A stretch of 64,000 nucleotides of DNA from positions 491,557-555,556 of the forward strand of contig MU006093.1 of the NCBI GenBank assembly GCA_010093705.1. Reading direction: 5' to 3'. This DNA comes from Patellaria atrata CBS 101060 (lineage: Eukaryota). Below are positions 13,330-25,762 of the stretch, in pieces. Position numbers and translations under genes: made by a program. Each line of letters begins with the position of its first letter. Within the stretch, counting starts at the first letter, position 1. A model generated the notes under the pieces. The model saw only the letters and a list, made by a program, of their open reading frames with translations. It did not search any database and had not been told where the DNA came from.

Positions 13330-16102
13330 ATGATGCCACCTAAACCTGGAACGAATGGAAAGCCCATCGCAATTGGACCTACTCTACATCGTGGAAATCA
13401 ACGAAGCGCAGAGCTCAGGCGCGGAACCCCTGATTCTGAAGCGATGGCGTCGTCCGAGGATGAACACGACCACCGGGTTACATCAACAACATGGTCAAAT
13501 CCACAAAGTAAAGCTAAGGCGCCTCCACAACTGCAGGGACGGAGACCATCGTGGATGAGCGAGGTCCAAAGCGGGGCCCAACGTAGGCAATCGTTGGGCG
13601 GCGGGTCAATTACCTCGCCCGGTTCCCAGCCTGGCACTCCTTCAACTGAACAAGGACCTTGGGGTATGAATACCTCCGTTACTCGTGGTGCTGCTCCTGG
13701 AGCTAGTTTCCCTTGGACTACCCCTTTTTGGCCAAATGAAAGCAGAAAGGAACCCCCGGCACGACTCACTGAAGTGACCCAATCCCCAACTTCCGGCGAA
13801 GCCCCAGTCGACGCATTCGCTTCCCCGCCACCCAAAGAAATTCCCTTCAACTTTCCTCTGGAGCCAGTTCTTAAGTCCTACAGATCACAGTCATACTCTG
13901 CAGGTCAGGTTGATGAGGAGAACCTTCCTGTGGGTGCTGGTATACCTGGCCTTGGGCATCGTCTGAGGGGACAACCCTTAAAACAAAGACCATCCCGCCC
14001 AAATGTACTAGGAGATCGGGTTGATCGCAGTACATTAGGCCTCTTAAGAGAAGATGACGACGACCAAGTCAGTTCCAATAGCTCGGAGCAAGGTGTTCAA
14101 GCACGATCAACAGGGCAAGCTTCACATTACCAGAATGATCTCCTACGCCAAGCTGCATTAGAGAATTCGCGTCTACGTGGACGCTCTTCAACACAGTCCT
14201 TAGCTGAGGTTCTTCCCCGAGGTGGAGCTAATAAGCTCCCAACCCGTCTAGGTACATATGGAGAACATGATCAAGCTATTGACATGGATGCCGATGAACT
14301 CGAGAAGTGTGTAAAAGTACATCAATTCACCAAGGAATATGCTAACGATCCCCAGCTACGAAATTATGAAAAGGGCTCACTGGCAGAGCCAACTACATTT
14401 TGGTGTCTTTGATGAAGGCGGACAGAGCCGCAGGCACTCCTTAGCAGACTTACCACAACCAAGATCTTCTCTCCTACGACAACATACTGCACCACAGCAG
14501 GTTGAAGAACCTAGTAGCTTGCGGCGCATGTCTACTGCGGAGCAACCCATGCCCTTCAATAATTACAATATCCGTACTGCACGGCAGCAAGAACCCGAGC
14601 CGGAAGTGACCCAACGTGAGTCCGGCTTTATTTTTTTTTATAGCTTCCTTCTATGAGAAATTATAATACGATGCAACTACTTATATTTATTCCGCCGCAG
14701 AGGTTCAGTGTCTGGAAGCAGCTGGCTAACTGAGTCTTTTCTGAACAGGTTCTTATTTCTCCGTCCCTACTATGAAAGGTCTCCATCGTTCCGAAATAAA
14801 TCCCTATGTGGTACCTCAAGTCATTGGCGCACCTACCAGGCAGTTATACATCGTCGCTTTCAAATGCGGAAGAGCAGATATCTTCCAGATTCCTGATGGG
14901 ACTGGCTTGGAATGCAAGATCGGTGATCTTGTCATTGTCGAAGGCGATCGAGGTTTTGATCTTGGAACTGTTACCCATGCTCGTGTAAGCAGTGAGGAAG
15001 CGGAAAAATTACGAGACCAGGCGGCGGAGGACCATTTCTTGTGGCTCATGCTGTTCTCTAAGCATGCTCAGGCGGCACAGAATGGCGTTCCAAATCCTAA
15101 CTCAGCCGGTTCCACAGGCATAGCTCGAGGTTCTCGCGGAACATCTGGCAGTCGAACGGAGGAAGAAAAACGTCATCGAATGATCCGGCGCCTTGCATCC
15201 GCACACGAAATACAGATCCTCAAAGATAAGGAAGGCTGGGAAGCTAAAGCTAAGCGTAGTGCTCAGCAGAAAGTCGTAGAACATAATCTACAAATGGAGA
15301 TACTTGACGCTGAATTTCAACTGCAAGTATAGACTCGTCAAGCTTGTTATTTCTAGTCGGCTAATGTAATACTCGAAATAGTGACCAGAAAAAGTTAACG
15401 TTCTACTACTTCGCCGAGAACTATGTTAATTTCAACGAACTAGTTACGGACCTATTCAAATCATTCAAAACCCGTATCTGGATGAGTGCGATCAACCCGG
15501 CTTCATTCGCTACTCCGTCGAATGCCTTATTCTCACGGATGCCACCTCACGGACTACTTAACCCGACTCCCCAGAATCGTGCGTCCCCAGTACCCTATGG
15601 TGCAGGGCCAATCAACAATTCTACTCACGGTGAGCAACTCAATATAACACCAATCAAACTTATGATTCTAATTTAGCGGACAGGCAACGTGATGGATCAT
15701 CCGAATAATGAGCGTGCTGGTGGCCAGCAGCAATTCTATCCTGGATATGGAGGGAATCAATACGGCCACCCCCCCCACAACTTCAACCCTGCTGCGTACG
15801 GACAAGGTGGTAACAATTACTGGATGCAAGCTCAGATGTACGGACAGTCCCCCAATTATGGCGCTCAACCCAACAACGCGTATCCAGGCCAGCATTATCC
15901 CGGCGTACAACAGAACACGTTTTCACCTGCTGCGTTTCCCCCTGGTGGACAATATCAGAACAATTACACTGGAAACGGGTCATCAAATGTATTTGGCGGA
16001 AACTCGTTGGACGCTGAAGAAAACTCAGGGCGTAGAGCGGACGATAGTACGGACTATGTCGCAGAAGCATTCCAGGACCTCCGTCTGCAAAGCTCCAACT
16101 GA
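13330..16102 (+). CDS. PSP1 C-terminal domain protein (exons 13330-14306, 14356-14615, 14749-15322, 15382-15629, 15684-16102)
   Basis: Spliced product contains LYIVAFKCGRADIF, GDLVIVEGDRGFDLG, EAKAKR..QQKV.EH.LQMEILDAEFQLD.KKLTFYYFA...VNFNELVTDLFK.FKTRIWMSAINP. Intron phases are consistent; the third intron is GC-AG. Confidence 0.9.
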
Positions 16103-16913
16103 AAACGGGTCTGTTGCGCCTAGATTTACCGACTATTCGTCTTTCCAGGCCTTGTTTAGTTTTATTGGTCTGCGTGTTCTCTTATCCTGCATTTCGTTTC
16201 ATGTGTCACTTTTCCAGTGATTATATTCCGCGTATCCTGACATAACACTCTTACGGCCTTCCTAACGGACCACTTTCGCTAAGTACAACGGTTTTATACC
16301 ATTAGTATATGCGGGGAACAACATAAATGCCCGGCGTTGGGTTCCCCTGGGGATGTTGTCTAGGACTGCGTAGATCTACTTCGTTGGGAACCCTCCTTCT
16401 ATTGGGATGCATCATGACGAATCTTTCTTTAAAATCTGTTTCCTTAATTCTCTTTCCTCGATTTCATTTCTGAAGTGATGTGACACGATGCGCGAACCAA
16501 GGTCAAATAGAGCTTTCACTCGTTCTCGCGGTTATTGTGGCATTTCTGGCAGTAAGTCGAGATGGGTACTTTTGAACCAACTGTACTTAGGCGCGCATAC
16601 GTAGCTATGAAACCTGTGCAGAATTTCCTCTTCGAAAGTCGGTAGTGGACAAAATATGTTATGGTAATACCTCATTTAGCGAAAACTAATATACTCTTCG
16701 TTGTTAAGGTTGCTACATTCCCTCCACTTAGGCAGGAGCTCCAAAGCTGATGGGTCTTTCCTGATTTGACTGCTACCCATTACGTACCTGAACTTGTTAC
16801 ATCCGAATTTCAATAACCGCCTCGCTCTCGAGAACTCAACAGATATGATATCTCTACTTATACTTAACGCAGCCTTGTAGGGTAATTACTGATATCGATA
16901 CTCTCGCTCCTGT

Positions 16914-17907
16914 ATGACTATTAACAATTCTGCCCGTCCAAAACCAACAAGGAGCAATATGAAACGTAAGAGCAACGGTACATGCACTCTACAATAAGCT
17001 GCAGCTATATGATGCTAATATAGTAGGCATTGACGAAAACGACTCTTCTCGCCTTTCTGGAAGACCATCTCAGCGTAATGAGAGATCAAAGAAAGTTGAG
17101 AAAATGTTGAGCGATGACCACTTCGAACCTGACCTTATGTCCGACTATGAGGAGGATCGTGGGATGACAGAGAGCCAGTGAGATTGGATTATGGATTGCT
17201 AGTATTGTGCCTAAGCTGAATCTTTTCTCCTTAGGACATTCTTGCATGTTGCGAAGATATTTGAGAAGTCAAAGTACGACGATAACTACCCGAAGAAGTT
17301 CAACCAACGAATATCGGTCGATAAGGCAAAGCTAGAATTATTGATCAAAGGGAAGCTGAAGGATGAGTATGTGTCGATAAATCATGAAATATTTAGGCCA
17401 CCCTCAAATCTCACTGTTTATAGAGAACACATGAAATCTAACATCCACAACGCGGTTCGTACGCAAGTCACGGATGGTTTCAAGGCTGGAGCGACGTCAA
17501 GTGAAAGCATTAGCACAGACATCTACATTACCCGTGGTACAACCCTCATAAAACAATCACATGAACTCATGATGACATATGAAACGCTGTTAGAAAAAGC
17601 AGAAACGGCTGCCCTGGAGGCTAGTAACATAGCGAGCACCAGTAGCGAGGAAGATCTCCAGGCAGCAAGGAGGTTGCTCAAGATCGGGAAAGCGTTGGTG
17701 TTGAAGCAAGCTCATAGGGTTTTCGGAGTAGACAACGAGGCTGTGGAGAAAGAATCGGCTGAGGACTACTCGAAAGATGAACATTATCCACTAGTTCTGG
17801 AACAGTTTGAATCAGCTCGTCCTGTAGACGGTCCTAAGGAAACTGGGATTCAAGAGACCCTTCGACAGGCTGAGAAGGGTGTGAGAAAGTTGACTAGGGA
17901 AATATGA
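16914..17907 (+). CDS. Hypothetical protein (putative introns 16978-17026, 17178-17234, 17367-17423)
   Basis: Frame-consistent GT-AG introns with branch sites join an ATG at 16914/16959 to the 221-aa ORF. No recognisable domain. Confidence 0.55.
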
Positions 17908-18228
17908 TCAAAATCAGGGATGAGATAGAGGATAGTCATCGAAAATTTCCAACATATAGGGACACCGTTCTTTGAGAGTTCTTGTAGCAATGATTCCCCG
18001 TAATCCGAAGGTCCTCGATATGTAATTCGGTTATACTGATATATGTTATTGTGAGCTTGTGAAATACTATTCCCTTTTCGAGAGTCTGTGCGGGATGTGT
18101 GGTTGCCGTGGTGATGATGAGGAGAAGATGAGGGATACCTAAAGCGAACTAGTGCCTCACATTTGAGATCTGGGGAAGGCGGGGTCTAAGCTCCGAGCTC
18201 TCCTAAACTTCACCTGCAAAGCCTCAGG

Positions 18229-19463
18229 ATGTGGCTCAACATCGTTCAGAATGGTTTCGAGGTACCTTCAAAGCCAGGACTCGTTCTCACCTCTTTTAGA
18301 CGGCAGAACTTGTTATTAGAGTTGTATGTCTGCCTATAGCCCCACACGTCCAACCCATTCTAATACCCCTCGAACTCCACAGTGCTAGCTTGAAAGCTGC
18401 TTGTCCGGAGGGCATATACGTTATAATCACGCCCGGTGATCCTAGCTTATGGGCAGGAGTTCTTTTTATCAAGTCGGGTAAGTCATATCGGTTTATACAT
18501 CGCTCAAGATATTCTCTAATTCAACGCGCGGCCAGCAGGGCCTTATAAACCAGCAGTTCTTCGATTTCAGATCTCATTTCCGCCAACTTATCCCGACTTA
18601 CCTCCTTTGGTGACCTTCACGACGGATATCTTCCATCCTCTCCTTACTCCCTTAACTACGTACACGTACACAACTGGTGCGTCTAACAATGACACTGTCA
18701 GTGCGACTGACGAGGAAAGATTGCCTCCAGGAGGATTTAGCCTTAGACATGGCTTTCCTCACTGGTTCGGTAGAGCGCAGAAGAGTGCTAGTAGTTCAAG
18801 AAATACAAGTGGCTCTCATCTAGGGGCAGGAACGCAATCGCTCAGTCCCATTCATGACGAAACCGCATCATCGCATAGCTCGAGAATGCCCTCACCTTCG
18901 CATAGCAGCGCACTACTATCGAATAAATTGAGGCAGAGCAGCACCTACATTGATATACCCATTGTGGAAGTTCTTCAATACCTGAAATCGAGTTTCACGG
19001 AAGAGGCTGTCCTAGACTCGATAACTTTAGAGTCCGCCGCGAATACTGGGGCTTATCATGCATGGAAGACACATAGGGGAGATGCAGTAAAGCAATCGAG
19101 ATCACTTTCGCCTCAGTCACCGACATCGGAATCAAGGAGGAGTAGCGAAGATGGAAGTTCTCGCTTTTCCTTGGATCCAAAACAAGGAGGTCCTCAATTA
19201 GCAAGGACAAGACGTCCGGGAGAGTGGAATTGGGAAGGTGTGTGGGAAGAGCGTGTGAGGAAGGGTATTCAGAACAGTCTTTCCGATCCGGTTCTCTTCG
19301 GTAATTCTTCTGGTGGGGATGATTTGGTATGGACACTTTTCAAAACTTCTTTTGCGCACAGACTAATGCCTCCTAGATCCGCTTTCTGGATATAGAAAGT
19401 GATGCAATAGATGGGTTACGGAAGGATATCGAGAAGCGTGAATCATTTGTATCTGCAGTTTGA
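18229..19463 (+). CDS. Ubiquitin-conjugating-enzyme-like protein lacking the catalytic Cys (AKTIP/FTS-like); introns 18324-18382, 18478-18538, 19327-19376
   Basis: Spliced N-terminus LLLEFASLKAACPEGIYV..TPGDPSLWAGVLFIKSGPY.PAVLRFQISFP.TYP.LPPLVTFTTDIFHPLL is a UBC fold with no active-site Cys after HP. C-terminal R.PGEWNWEGVWEERVRKGI..SLS motif. Confidence 0.82.
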
Positions 19464-19612
19464 ATTTCCTGAATCAATTCGGATGACGTATCTACGCTTT
19501 GACGAAAAGTTCTTTACCGACTATAATACAGAAATGATATACCGATGAAGAACTCAATAGCCTGAGATATGAGTAGCCTAACCGACGGACCACGGAGGTT
19601 TTTAAGTCAGCG

Positions 19613-19647
19613 TACAAGGGGTACAAGGGGTACAAGGGGTATGCAAG
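19613..19647. repeat. 10-bp tandem repeat (GTACAAGGGG)x3
   Basis: Seen directly; each unit contains AGGGG. Confidence 0.85.
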
Positions 19648-20383
19648 TGATCAAGGGGACTTGAAAAGCCGTTGTCACTTACCAAAGTAGTGACGCAGGG
19701 CCTTGTGGTGTACAGCCCTGGGCTGTACCTTATCTTGCGGGGGATTACAGGGGGAGGGGTACCTTAGGAAAGTCCCTCGGTCTCAATGTCAAAAAAAAAA
19801 AAAAAAAAATTGATAGTACCAAGGTACTTCTTTAGAATTTTAAACTGGAAAAGTTTTCTGCGGAGACTCGCTTTATTCTTGGTTCTGAAATTGATTTTGG
19901 AAAATACTCCTCCCTTCTGACCGATACTGTAGAGAAGACAAAGCCGGAGGCAAGTTGCTAAGTAGAACCAACACCGGCCGCGTCAGATACTCAAAGTGAA
20001 GAGCGCGAAATTTGACGATCAACGATGATCCATATTGGAACAGCTCAGTACTTGTATACCGCATACTTTGCAGCATGAAATCGCCTAATCGTATTCTCAA
20101 AGATCATCCTTCTGGAAACATGGCATGATTGGGATACGGTGAAGCTTTTCTTTGTTGGCGTATTCCCGGCGCCTGAAACTCCAAATGTATGTCAGTTTGT
20201 TTGAACTTGAACATGTTTCTCTAACGCGTAATGCGATCAACATACCATATGCTGTAATTGTTTTGGACCCTTCGCTGACCCTGAAGATCATATTGTCCGT
20301 TAAACATAGCGGATCTACTCGACGAGAGCGAGTCCAGCAAACTTCATCACCTCAGTATTTCAACTTCATGCTTCCCACCACCA

Positions 20384-23300
20384 ATGCCTCCGTGGTCGAA
20401 TCTCTTTTCTGGAAACTCCAGTAATAATTCCTCAGCTCCGAGTGCGCCTCCCTCAATCGATTACCCAACCTTATACGGACGGCGAGATGACGTAGCATAC
20501 AATGCCCTTCGTCCACTTAACGACACCTCATCGCTGACTAAAACGCCCGTCATGGCTAGAGACTCGCAGACTTCTACCGCATCACGAAAGGGTGCAGGAA
20601 AATCCTCACATTCAAGATCTGCCTCTCACCCTCTGGCGAGCCTTTTCGGCCGGAAGAAGACACCTGGGCATTCGGATAATGATTCGACAGATGATGATGG
20701 ACGGATGTCCCCTATTTCGATTCCCATCCCTAACGGGGGTAGTCCACTACGAAAGTCCACCCGGGGGAAGAAGGAGGAAGATGATATGGTACACGGCAAT
20801 TGTATGACATGTGGCAGTAAAATTAGGTGGCCCAAAGAAAAGAGTACTTTTCGATGTACAGAATGTTCAATGATTAATGATTTGATACCTATCGAGGGAA
20901 TGGGTACTAAAGAGGTCATTTTACTAAGTTCTGGAGAAAGATTGAAAGGTAGATCTTTCAAAATTCACGTCCCTTTCTGCTCTCGTTCTGCAGAAGCTAA
21001 TCAGATTCCTATAGGTAATGACCTGTCTATTGAAAAGATTCAGACTATTATCGACCGCTGCATTATAGCATACTTCAAAAAGCGCTTTGGACCTCAAAAT
21101 GGGAAGAAAAATGGAGATCCAACACTTGAATCAATCATTACTCAGTCATCTAAAATCTATCACAACCCAAACTCATCTAACACTCAACTTCCTGAAAAGA
21201 TACCAAACTTCATATTCCCTCCTACACATGGGCTTAATGTTGAGAATTCACATCTTTACCACGGTCTTAGAAGAGGCTCTGCTGGTGATACATCTTATCT
21301 AGCGAGATCATCACCACCTATCGGTGATAACTTATCTGGAGTTCGAGGCAACAAGGACAGGTATACCCCTCTAATGCCCCAACGATATCCCCCTCCACCT
21401 CCGTCAATTATGAATGCCAATGACGACCGCAAGGTGTATGAATCCCGTGCAAGCAACTTGAAAGATGCACCAATTTCTATCGAGGAAGCTTTCAAGCGGG
21501 AACGATATGAAAGGATCAAGGCTATATTTAGGCCATTAGAAGATTTCTTGATGATGACTTTCGGGAATCATGATTGCCTCAATACCTCCTTTCTAACCGG
21601 TCGTCCTCAAGTGGGAGCTCGCACACGGAGTGAAGGGACATTAAGCGTAAGTTCGTCGAACGCGCCGGCAAAGACTCATGATACTCGTGATCCTTTCTTT
21701 GGACTCGATGCAAAGACCCTTCTACTAGGTGATTTTGCAGAGAATGGATCCTGGTGGGCTGGACGCATTGATCGCCACAGAAGTTCTGCCAAACCTCGTG
21801 GGGCAACGGAAGGAGAAACTAGGTACGTGAGCTCAAAATCGCCGCGTATACATTGGGCTCAGCTTGAGAAATGGTATGAGACTCTGTTTAACGCCGGCTA
21901 TAACTGGGACATGAAGCTACAGGAACTCATTCTTGCTGGAGAAATACCTCCTATGGAGCCGTCAAGGATACCTATTCGAGACATTGAAGGAGAGTTTGAC
22001 GATGCCCAATTACATCTCCGAAGGACTCTTTTCAAAATCACTGAAACTCTGCTTAAACGTCCTGGTAGGCCTATTCAGCGCCCTGATGATATCAGGTTTT
22101 TACTTATGATTCTTTCCAATCCACTTCTACACCCCTCACACGATTATCAATCTTCTGGACAGTATGGAAGTGGAAGAACCCGCAGTCAGACCCGCAGTCA
22201 TATCCGCAGTCAAAGTGAATCAGATCAAAGGTTAGCGTTACGAGTTCCAGAAGGCAAGGAATCTTCTCGACAAAGATCCCCGAGCGTAGAAAGATTCGGA
22301 CACCATTCCGGTATCCTCAAACGTGTCTTGGGAATCATTGCAAACTCGCCGCATGAATGTCATAGACATCTCACTCTTTGGTTTTCAAGACTCAATGAAC
22401 GTCAGTTTCGACATCTGGCAGACATTGTTGGCACCTTTGTTACACATCGCGTCCAGCGCCAGAATCGTAGACCCAGAACCTCAAGCCAGACACCAGCAGC
22501 TGGGCTAGTACCTCACGTAGCCGGTCCCAGTGTTGCCCAGCTGCATGCTGCGCTAGGTCTTTCAGGAGGAAGCACGCCTGCTGATAATGATAAGGACCGA
22601 GTAGCATATGCTGACGATTGGCAGTTGAAAGCAGCGGCTAAAGTCATGACTCTACTTTTTACGGCTAATAACATATACTACATGAAGAATCTGCAGCCTG
22701 TCAACGTTTCTCCTTCCATTGGTGGCCCTTCAAGTTCAGGTCTTGCAGCGCAGCAACGTGCAAGGGAACATGGACAGTTGCTACCGATATCCGACTTTTA
22801 CAATAGTTATTTGGACCAGACTGATCTTATCGCAGACTTTGAACTCTGGGAATCTCGACGAGGAAAATTCTCTTTCTGCCAATATCCGCTCTTTCTATCT
22901 CTTGGCGCTAAGATTAAAATCCTCGAATATGATGCGAAACGACAGATGATGAACCAAGCGCGAGATGCTTTCTTTGCCAGTATCCTTTCTAGCCGAAATG
23001 TCGAACAGCACTTTCATCTACGGGTCAGGCGAGAATGTCTTGTAGAGGATTCATTGCAGCAGGTCAGCGAAGCCGTAGGTGCAGGACAAGAAAACATCAA
23101 GAAGGGCTTAAGAGTGCATTTTGTCGGCGAGGAAGGTGTTGACGCTGGTGGTCTCCGCAAGGAGTGGTTTCTGTCTCTGGTCCGAGAAATATTCGATCCT
23201 AATCATGGTTTGTGGATTCACTTAATAAAATCGATTGACAGTGCAGTACTAACCAATCTTACAGGTATGTTTGTTTATGATGACGACTCTCTCTACTGTT

Positions 23301-24211
23301 ATTTCAACCCGAACTCCTTCGAGACATCAGATCAGTACTTTCTCGTTGGCGTTTTACTAGGTTTGGCGATATACAATTCGACTATTTTGGATGTCGCTCT
23401 CCCTCCGTTTGCATTCAAGAAACTACTCGCGCAAGGGCCTATGTTGGGAAAGGATAACCCTTTACCATCAACCTTCCGACCGTGGGTGCAGTTGACATTG
23501 GACGATCTTGCAGAGTACCGACCCCAACTTGCTCATGGACTACGGCAACTACTCGAATATGAAGGAGATGTAGAGTCGACATACTGCAGAGACTTCGTAA
23601 TTGAAGTAGAGAAATACGGAACTACTATCACCGTACCGCTGTGCGAAGGCGGAGAAAGGCGACCGGTTACAAATGAGAACCGACAAGAATTTGTAGACTT
23701 ATATGTAAAATATCTCTTGGACACGGCCGTATCTCGACAATTCGATCCTTTTAAGCGCGGTTTCTTTACCGTATGCGGCGGCAACTCATTGTCGCTCTTT
23801 AGGCCAGAAGAGATAGAGTTGGCTGTACGCGGCTCAGATGAACCATTGGACATTGCATCCGTTCGAGCGGTGGCGCAATATAACCACTGGAACGATGAAA
23901 ATGGGCGCGACATTGTGGACCCAGCAGGGACAGTTCCGGTACTCAGGTGGTTCTGGGAATTCTTCGAGGCGGCCAACCCAACGGATCAGCGCAAGATTCT
24001 CAGTTTCATCACCGGCAGCGACCGTATTCCTGCGGTAGGCGCGACGAGCTTGAAGATTACGATCACTTGCCTCGGGAATGATTGTGAGCGTTTCCCCGTG
24101 GCTAGGACGTGCTTCAACCTCCTGCAGTTGTATAGATATGGGAGTAGAAAGAAGCTCGTGGAGAAGCTTTGGAGAGCGGTGGTAGAGAGTGAGGGCTTTG
24201 GATTAAAGTGA
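20384..24211 (+). CDS. HECT-domain E3 ubiquitin ligase (Hul4/Mug30-like); probable introns 20949-21014 and 23208-23264
   Basis: C-terminal HECT motifs FSFCQYP..LSLGAK, VRR.CLVEDSL, F.GEEGVDAGGLRKEWF, FITGSDRIP, RFPVARTCFN.L.L..Y and terminal EGFGLK. N-terminal CxxC...CxxC zinc motif. Confidence 0.93.
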   Translation: MPPWSNLFSGNSSNNSSAPSAPPSIDYPTLYGRRDDVAYNALRPLNDTSSLTKTPVMARDSQTSTASRKGAGKSSHSRSASHPLASLFGRKKTPGHSDNDSTDDDGRMSPISIPIPNGGSPLRKSTRGKKEEDDMVHGNCMTCGSKIRWPKEKSTFRCTECSMINDLIPIEGMGTKEVILLSSGERLKGRSFKIHVPFCSRSAEANQIPIGNDLSIEKIQTIIDRCIIAYFKKRFGPQNGKKNGDPTLESIITQSSKIYHNPNSSNTQLPEKIPNFIFPPTHGLNVENSHLYHGLRRGSAGDTSYLARSSPPIGDNLSGVRGNKDRYTPLMPQRYPPPPPSIMNANDDRKVYESRASNLKDAPISIEEAFKRERYERIKAIFRPLEDFLMMTFGNHDCLNTSFLTGRPQVGARTRSEGTLSVSSSNAPAKTHDTRDPFFGLDAKTLLLGDFAENGSWWAGRIDRHRSSAKPRGATEGETRYVSSKSPRIHWAQLEKWYETLFNAGYNWDMKLQELILAGEIPPMEPSRIPIRDIEGEFDDAQLHLRRTLFKITETLLKRPGRPIQRPDDIRFLLMILSNPLLHPSHDYQSSGQYGSGRTRSQTRSHIRSQSESDQRLALRVPEGKESSRQRSPSVERFGHHSGILKRVLGIIANSPHECHRHLTLWFSRLNERQFRHLADIVGTFVTHRVQRQNRRPRTSSQTPAAGLVPHVAGPSVAQLHAALGLSGGSTPADNDKDRVAYADDWQLKAAAKVMTLLFTANNIYYMKNLQPVNVSPSIGGPSSSGLAAQQRAREHGQLLPISDFYNSYLDQTDLIADFELWESRRGKFSFCQYPLFLSLGAKIKILEYDAKRQMMNQARDAFFASILSSRNVEQHFHLRVRRECLVEDSLQQVSEAVGAGQENIKKGLRVHFVGEEGVDAGGLRKEWFLSLVREIFDPNHGLWIHLIKSIDSAVLTNLTGMFVYDDDSLYCYFNPNSFETSDQYFLVGVLLGLAIYNSTILDVALPPFAFKKLLAQGPMLGKDNPLPSTFRPWVQLTLDDLAEYRPQLAHGLRQLLEYEGDVESTYCRDFVIEVEKYGTTITVPLCEGGERRPVTNENRQEFVDLYVKYLLDTAVSRQFDPFKRGFFTVCGGNSLSLFRPEEIELAVRGSDEPLDIASVRAVAQYNHWNDENGRDIVDPAGTVPVLRWFWEFFEAANPTDQRKILSFITGSDRIPAVGATSLKITITCLGNDCERFPVARTCFNLLQLYRYGSRKKLVEKLWRAVVESEGFGLK

Positions 24212-25762
24212 TTTGAGCGTTCACGTGACATATGGGATATTCCCACTTCTTAGATCTTCCGCGTTTCATTCGAGGCATTTTTTTTTTTAGGTGTAATTGG
24301 ACCTTGAAAGGGATATAGGGCTCTCGCTCTACCGGGTTTAGGAAAAGGGACTGGGATTTTGCATGCAGCGTGGATGAGTTTCTGTTTGGTTGCTTCAGTC
24401 ATTGGTTCTGGGAATGATTTTGTATGCTTAGACGTGCTGGAAGTTAAAATGGCACCTAATGGTGAGTAGGTATGCTGAATGATAATGGATAATGCATCTA
24501 TTCAAAAAAACTCTTCGACCAGCTTCTCCCGTATACTTCTGATCAGTACTGTACGCATCTGAGGTATACCATCGCACGCTCGCCACCTCATTAATACGGA
24601 GACGTATGTCTGGATCACATATCCCGCTTTCAGTTGACTTCCACATTTTGAACGTGGGATGGGGGCGGGGGAATTTCCGTGGGGTCTTTTACAGACCTTA
24701 GGCTCCATCAAGCGCGCGAATGAAAGTCGGCCAGCTGTACAGCTTATGTATCCTTCCTTGACTATGACGGAGAGGTACAGCTGTGGTGCAAGTGACGAGG
24801 TTTTTGTGGATGGATTCCTTGAGGGGGTTAGGTGACTGATGAGGTGGAATGATCGAATTGGATGTTGTTGCCTGAGAGGTTGAGATGGGATGGGTGTTAG
24901 AAGTACGGGTTACGGTATTGTATTCTGTTATAAGAGTGATAGTATGATAGTAACCCTAGCGAGGGTGTAACTCCGAATTCGCCCTTTGTCAAGTATTTTA
25001 GTATTTGACGGATCAGGATTGAGATGCTGCTTGGAACTACCTAAATGGTAGATTGTATATATGGCAACCTTTAAGCGTCAGGATTCATCAGTTTAGGTCG
25101 TTTCTCAAATGCTTAAAGGGTTTATTAGCCTTTTGATTGCCCGTAGGGATCCCTTTAGTTATTTCCCAATTGGGGTTATAGCCTGTTACTCTGTTAATCT
25201 GTTTAATGCTTGTGGTCATGGTGCAGGCTGACACCTCACAAGATGATGACGATGCCGGCCTCCTCACAGCTCTTCACGCAATTTCACGCCGCAAGACGTG
25301 CAATACTTCCGCAAATTCAATCAATTCACATTTCTGCACCGAACTTTACCTACTTGATTTTGTAACCGTGCTTACGTCAGTATTTTACGCGAAACCCCAC
25401 TAACTCCCCAGCTGCTCTTCGTTTGATTTCAACGTAATGTTTACTTCGTCCACCACACGCACGCCCGACAATTTACAACCTCGACAACCAGCCTGCATGT
25501 GAAAACCTTCGACCAACGGTTTTCCACCTTTCAACTCACGCTCGCTCGAATTTCTCTACTTCTCTTCTTCTTCTTACTTGCCGCGCCGCTGTACAACACA
25601 CAGCTCGCGATTTCACCCACAAACAACCCACCTCCAGCGGGGAACTTCCTTGCCTACATCACACCCACTCACCATTAACGATAACTATATACCTTCGCAT
25701 GCTGATTTACCGATAACGCTCTCCGAATCTACTCGTTGCTCGTCTGGGGCACCCGACCCAGA

